From an uncultured delta proteobacterium (GTDB lineage Bacteria; Desulfobacterota; Binatia; Binatales; Binataceae): 64,000 bases of DNA. The position numbers were made by a program, and so were the translations under genes. Under the pieces are notes generated by a model. It worked only from the letters and a program-made list of their open reading frames with translations. It was not told the origin of the DNA and did no database searches. Shown here piece after piece: positions 62,126 to 64,000 of this stretch (its first letter is position 1; every line of letters starts with the position of its first letter). The stretch lies in contig CAWCDG010000003.1 of assembly GCA_963794325.1 (NCBI GenBank), positions 192,001 through 256,000 of the forward strand. The letters are read 5' to 3'.

Positions 62126-63459
62126 CGATGGCAACACGCTTCGCGATCGCAACGCTCGGATGCAAGGTGAATCAGTACGATTCCGCGATTATCGAGTCGC
62201 GTCTGCGCGGACGCGGGATGGAACGTCGCGAGTTCACCGAGCAGGCGGATGTTTATATCGTCAACACCTGCACGATTACCGATCGCGCTGACGCCGAGAG
62301 TCTGCGGATAGCGCGGCGCGCGCGTCGGCTGAATCCGAAGGCGCGAATCGTCATGACCGGATGCCTCGCACAAGCGAGTCCTGCCGTTTTGGCGAAAGCA
62401 TCGGAGGTCGATGCGGTGATCGGCCTCGGCAGGCTCGACGACCTCGAGCGCGCAGCGGCTTCAGGAGCGGGCGAGCGCGTGATGGTCACCAACCTGCGCA
62501 AAGAGAAGGCGCGGATTGAAATGGCCGCGGTCACTCTGGACGGTCATACACGCGCGTTCCTCAAGTTGCAGGAAGGGTGCGATCAGTTCTGCACCTTTTG
62601 TATCGTACCGTTTTCGCGGGGCACGTCGCGCAGCGTCGAGCCGCGCCGCGTGATGGCGGCGCTCGACGATCTTCACGCGCGCGGCTTCAAGGAAGTCGTT
62701 CTCAGCGGCGTCCATCTCGGCGGCTATGGCAAGGACCTCGAGCCGCCGGTCGAGCTCGAAGATTTGCTCGAGATGATCGCCGAGCGATGCCCGATTGAGC
62801 GCGTCCGGATAAGCTCGCTCGATCCCGAAGAGTTGAGCGATCGGATCGTCGAGACAATTTCGGGCAGCGCAAAATTCTGCCCGCACCTGCATCTGCCATT
62901 GCAGTCCGGTGACGACGAAACCTTGTCGCGGATGCGACGGCGTTATCAACGCGATTATTTTCGCGATCGCATCGAGCGCGTTCTGCGCGCATGGCCAGAC
63001 GCCGCGATTGGCACCGATCTGATCGTGGGGTTTCCGGGCGAGACGGAAGCGCATTTCGAGTCGTACTTTAACTTTGTCGAATCGATGCCGCTGGCATATT
63101 TTCACGTGTTTCCGTATTCAGTCCGGGCAGGGACCACGGCGGCAAAGTTTTCCGGGCGAGTGAAGCCTGCGGAGATCAAGCGGCGCGCGGCTATGATGCG
63201 CGAACTGGGCGATCGCAAGCGCGCGGAAATCGCTCGGCGGTTTGTCGGAACAACACTTAAAGTATTACTTGAAGAGCGTGGAGCGGATGGCAAGCTGCGA
63301 GGATACAGCCGCAACTACCTGCGCGTATCGACGCACGGCCCCGACGAACTGACAAATCGCGAAGTCGAGGTGGAGGCGTCAACCGTTGAAGGCACCCAAC
63401 TGGTTGGGGAGATTGTTCGGCCGTGGGCAGATCGAACTGCCTGCGGCGGAGCCTCCTGA
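62122..63459 (+). CDS. mtaB: tRNA ms2t6A37 methylthiotransferase MtaB
   Basis: TLGCKVNQYDS, VNTCT, TGC, RAFLKLQEGCDQFCTFC, HVFPYS.R.GT.A. Confidence 0.92.
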   Translation: MTMATRFAIATLGCKVNQYDSAIIESRLRGRGMERREFTEQADVYIVNTCTITDRADAESLRIARRARRLNPKARIVMTGCLAQASPAVLAKASEVDAVIGLGRLDDLERAAASGAGERVMVTNLRKEKARIEMAAVTLDGHTRAFLKLQEGCDQFCTFCIVPFSRGTSRSVEPRRVMAALDDLHARGFKEVVLSGVHLGGYGKDLEPPVELEDLLEMIAERCPIERVRISSLDPEELSDRIVETISGSAKFCPHLHLPLQSGDDETLSRMRRRYQRDYFRDRIERVLRAWPDAAIGTDLIVGFPGETEAHFESYFNFVESMPLAYFHVFPYSVRAGTTAAKFSGRVKPAEIKRRAAMMRELGDRKRAEIARRFVGTTLKVLLEERGADGKLRGYSRNYLRVSTHGPDELTNREVEVEASTVEGTQLVGEIVRPWADRTACGGAS

Positions 63460-64000
63460 AAGTCACGGCACCAAACTCGAACGCCTGCTCGGCTATGCGT
63501 TCGTGCGGCCGGATTTGCTCGAGACCGCGTTGACGCATCCGAGCGCGGCGGTCGGCAGCGACGTTCATTACGAGCGGCTCGAATTTCTTGGCGACGCGGT
63601 GCTCGATCTCGCGATTGCGGATTTGCTGATGCGCAAGTTTCCAACAGCGAAAGAAGGCCCGCTGTCCAAGCAGCGCGCGTCAATCGTAAACGCGCGCACG
63701 TTGGCTCTGAAAGCGCAGGCAATTGAACTGAACGTTATGATGCGGTTAGGCAAAGGCGAAGAAAAAAGCGGCGGGCGCGAGAAGACCTCGATCCTGGCCG
63801 CGGTGTTCGAGGCGGTGATCGGCGCGATCTACACCGACGGCGGACTTGTGCCAGCGCAGCAAGTGGTCGAGCGCCTTTTTGAAAATGATATCGGCGGCCC
63901 GTCTGCGGAGCGCGATTACAAAACCGAATTGCAGGAAATCGCGTATCGGCATTTTCACACGCAGCCAGTGTACGAACTGGTCGCTGCGGAAGGACCCGAT
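63413..64000 (+). CDS. rnc: Ribonuclease III, 3' end outside window (start uncertain)
   Basis: Manual translation LERLLGYAF...ALTHPS...YERLEFLGDAVLDL...EG.LS..RA.IVN...FEAVIGAIYTDGG...DYKTELQE. Confidence 0.92.
   Translation, partial: MFGRGQIELPAAEPPESHGTKLERLLGYAFVRPDLLETALTHPSAAVGSDVHYERLEFLGDAVLDLAIADLLMRKFPTAKEGPLSKQRASIVNARTLALKAQAIELNVMMRLGKGEEKSGGREKTSILAAVFEAVIGAIYTDGGLVPAQQVVERLFENDIGGPSAERDYKTELQEIAYRHFHTQPVYELVAAEGPD

Overview
GC-rich bacterial chromosomal window. The gene order tilS-ftsH-folP-cdaA-cdaR-glmM-(pdxJ)-nnr-tsaE-lysC-cimA-cysE...iscS-mnmA-mtaB-rnc and the accessory gene families suggest a deltaproteobacteria-like lineage, possibly Candidatus Binatota (inference). The left half carries a PAS hybrid kinase with Hpt, a frameshift-riddled surface-glycosylation cassette, thiO, an arsenic operon (arsR-DUF2306-like-arsM-second methyltransferase, with a perfect 20-bp operator palindrome), a di-haem protein, lhr, acnA and a cluster of secreted proteins. 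The right half is mostly housekeeping genes with small insertions. Best leads: (1) a DUF559 nuclease gene enclosed by inverted hairpin-plus-G-rich-tail repeats and in frame with tilS, with gene-less repeats of the same design elsewhere in the window; (2) an extra Cys-rich methyltransferase translationally coupled to arsM; (3) a secreted protein built of His-x-x-Cys heptads; (4) many apparently leaderless promoters. Several single-base frameshifts (lhr, acnA, 6.7-9.8 kb) look like long-read indel errors. No rRNA, tRNA or CRISPR array was seen. All family assignments come from motif recognition, not database searches.
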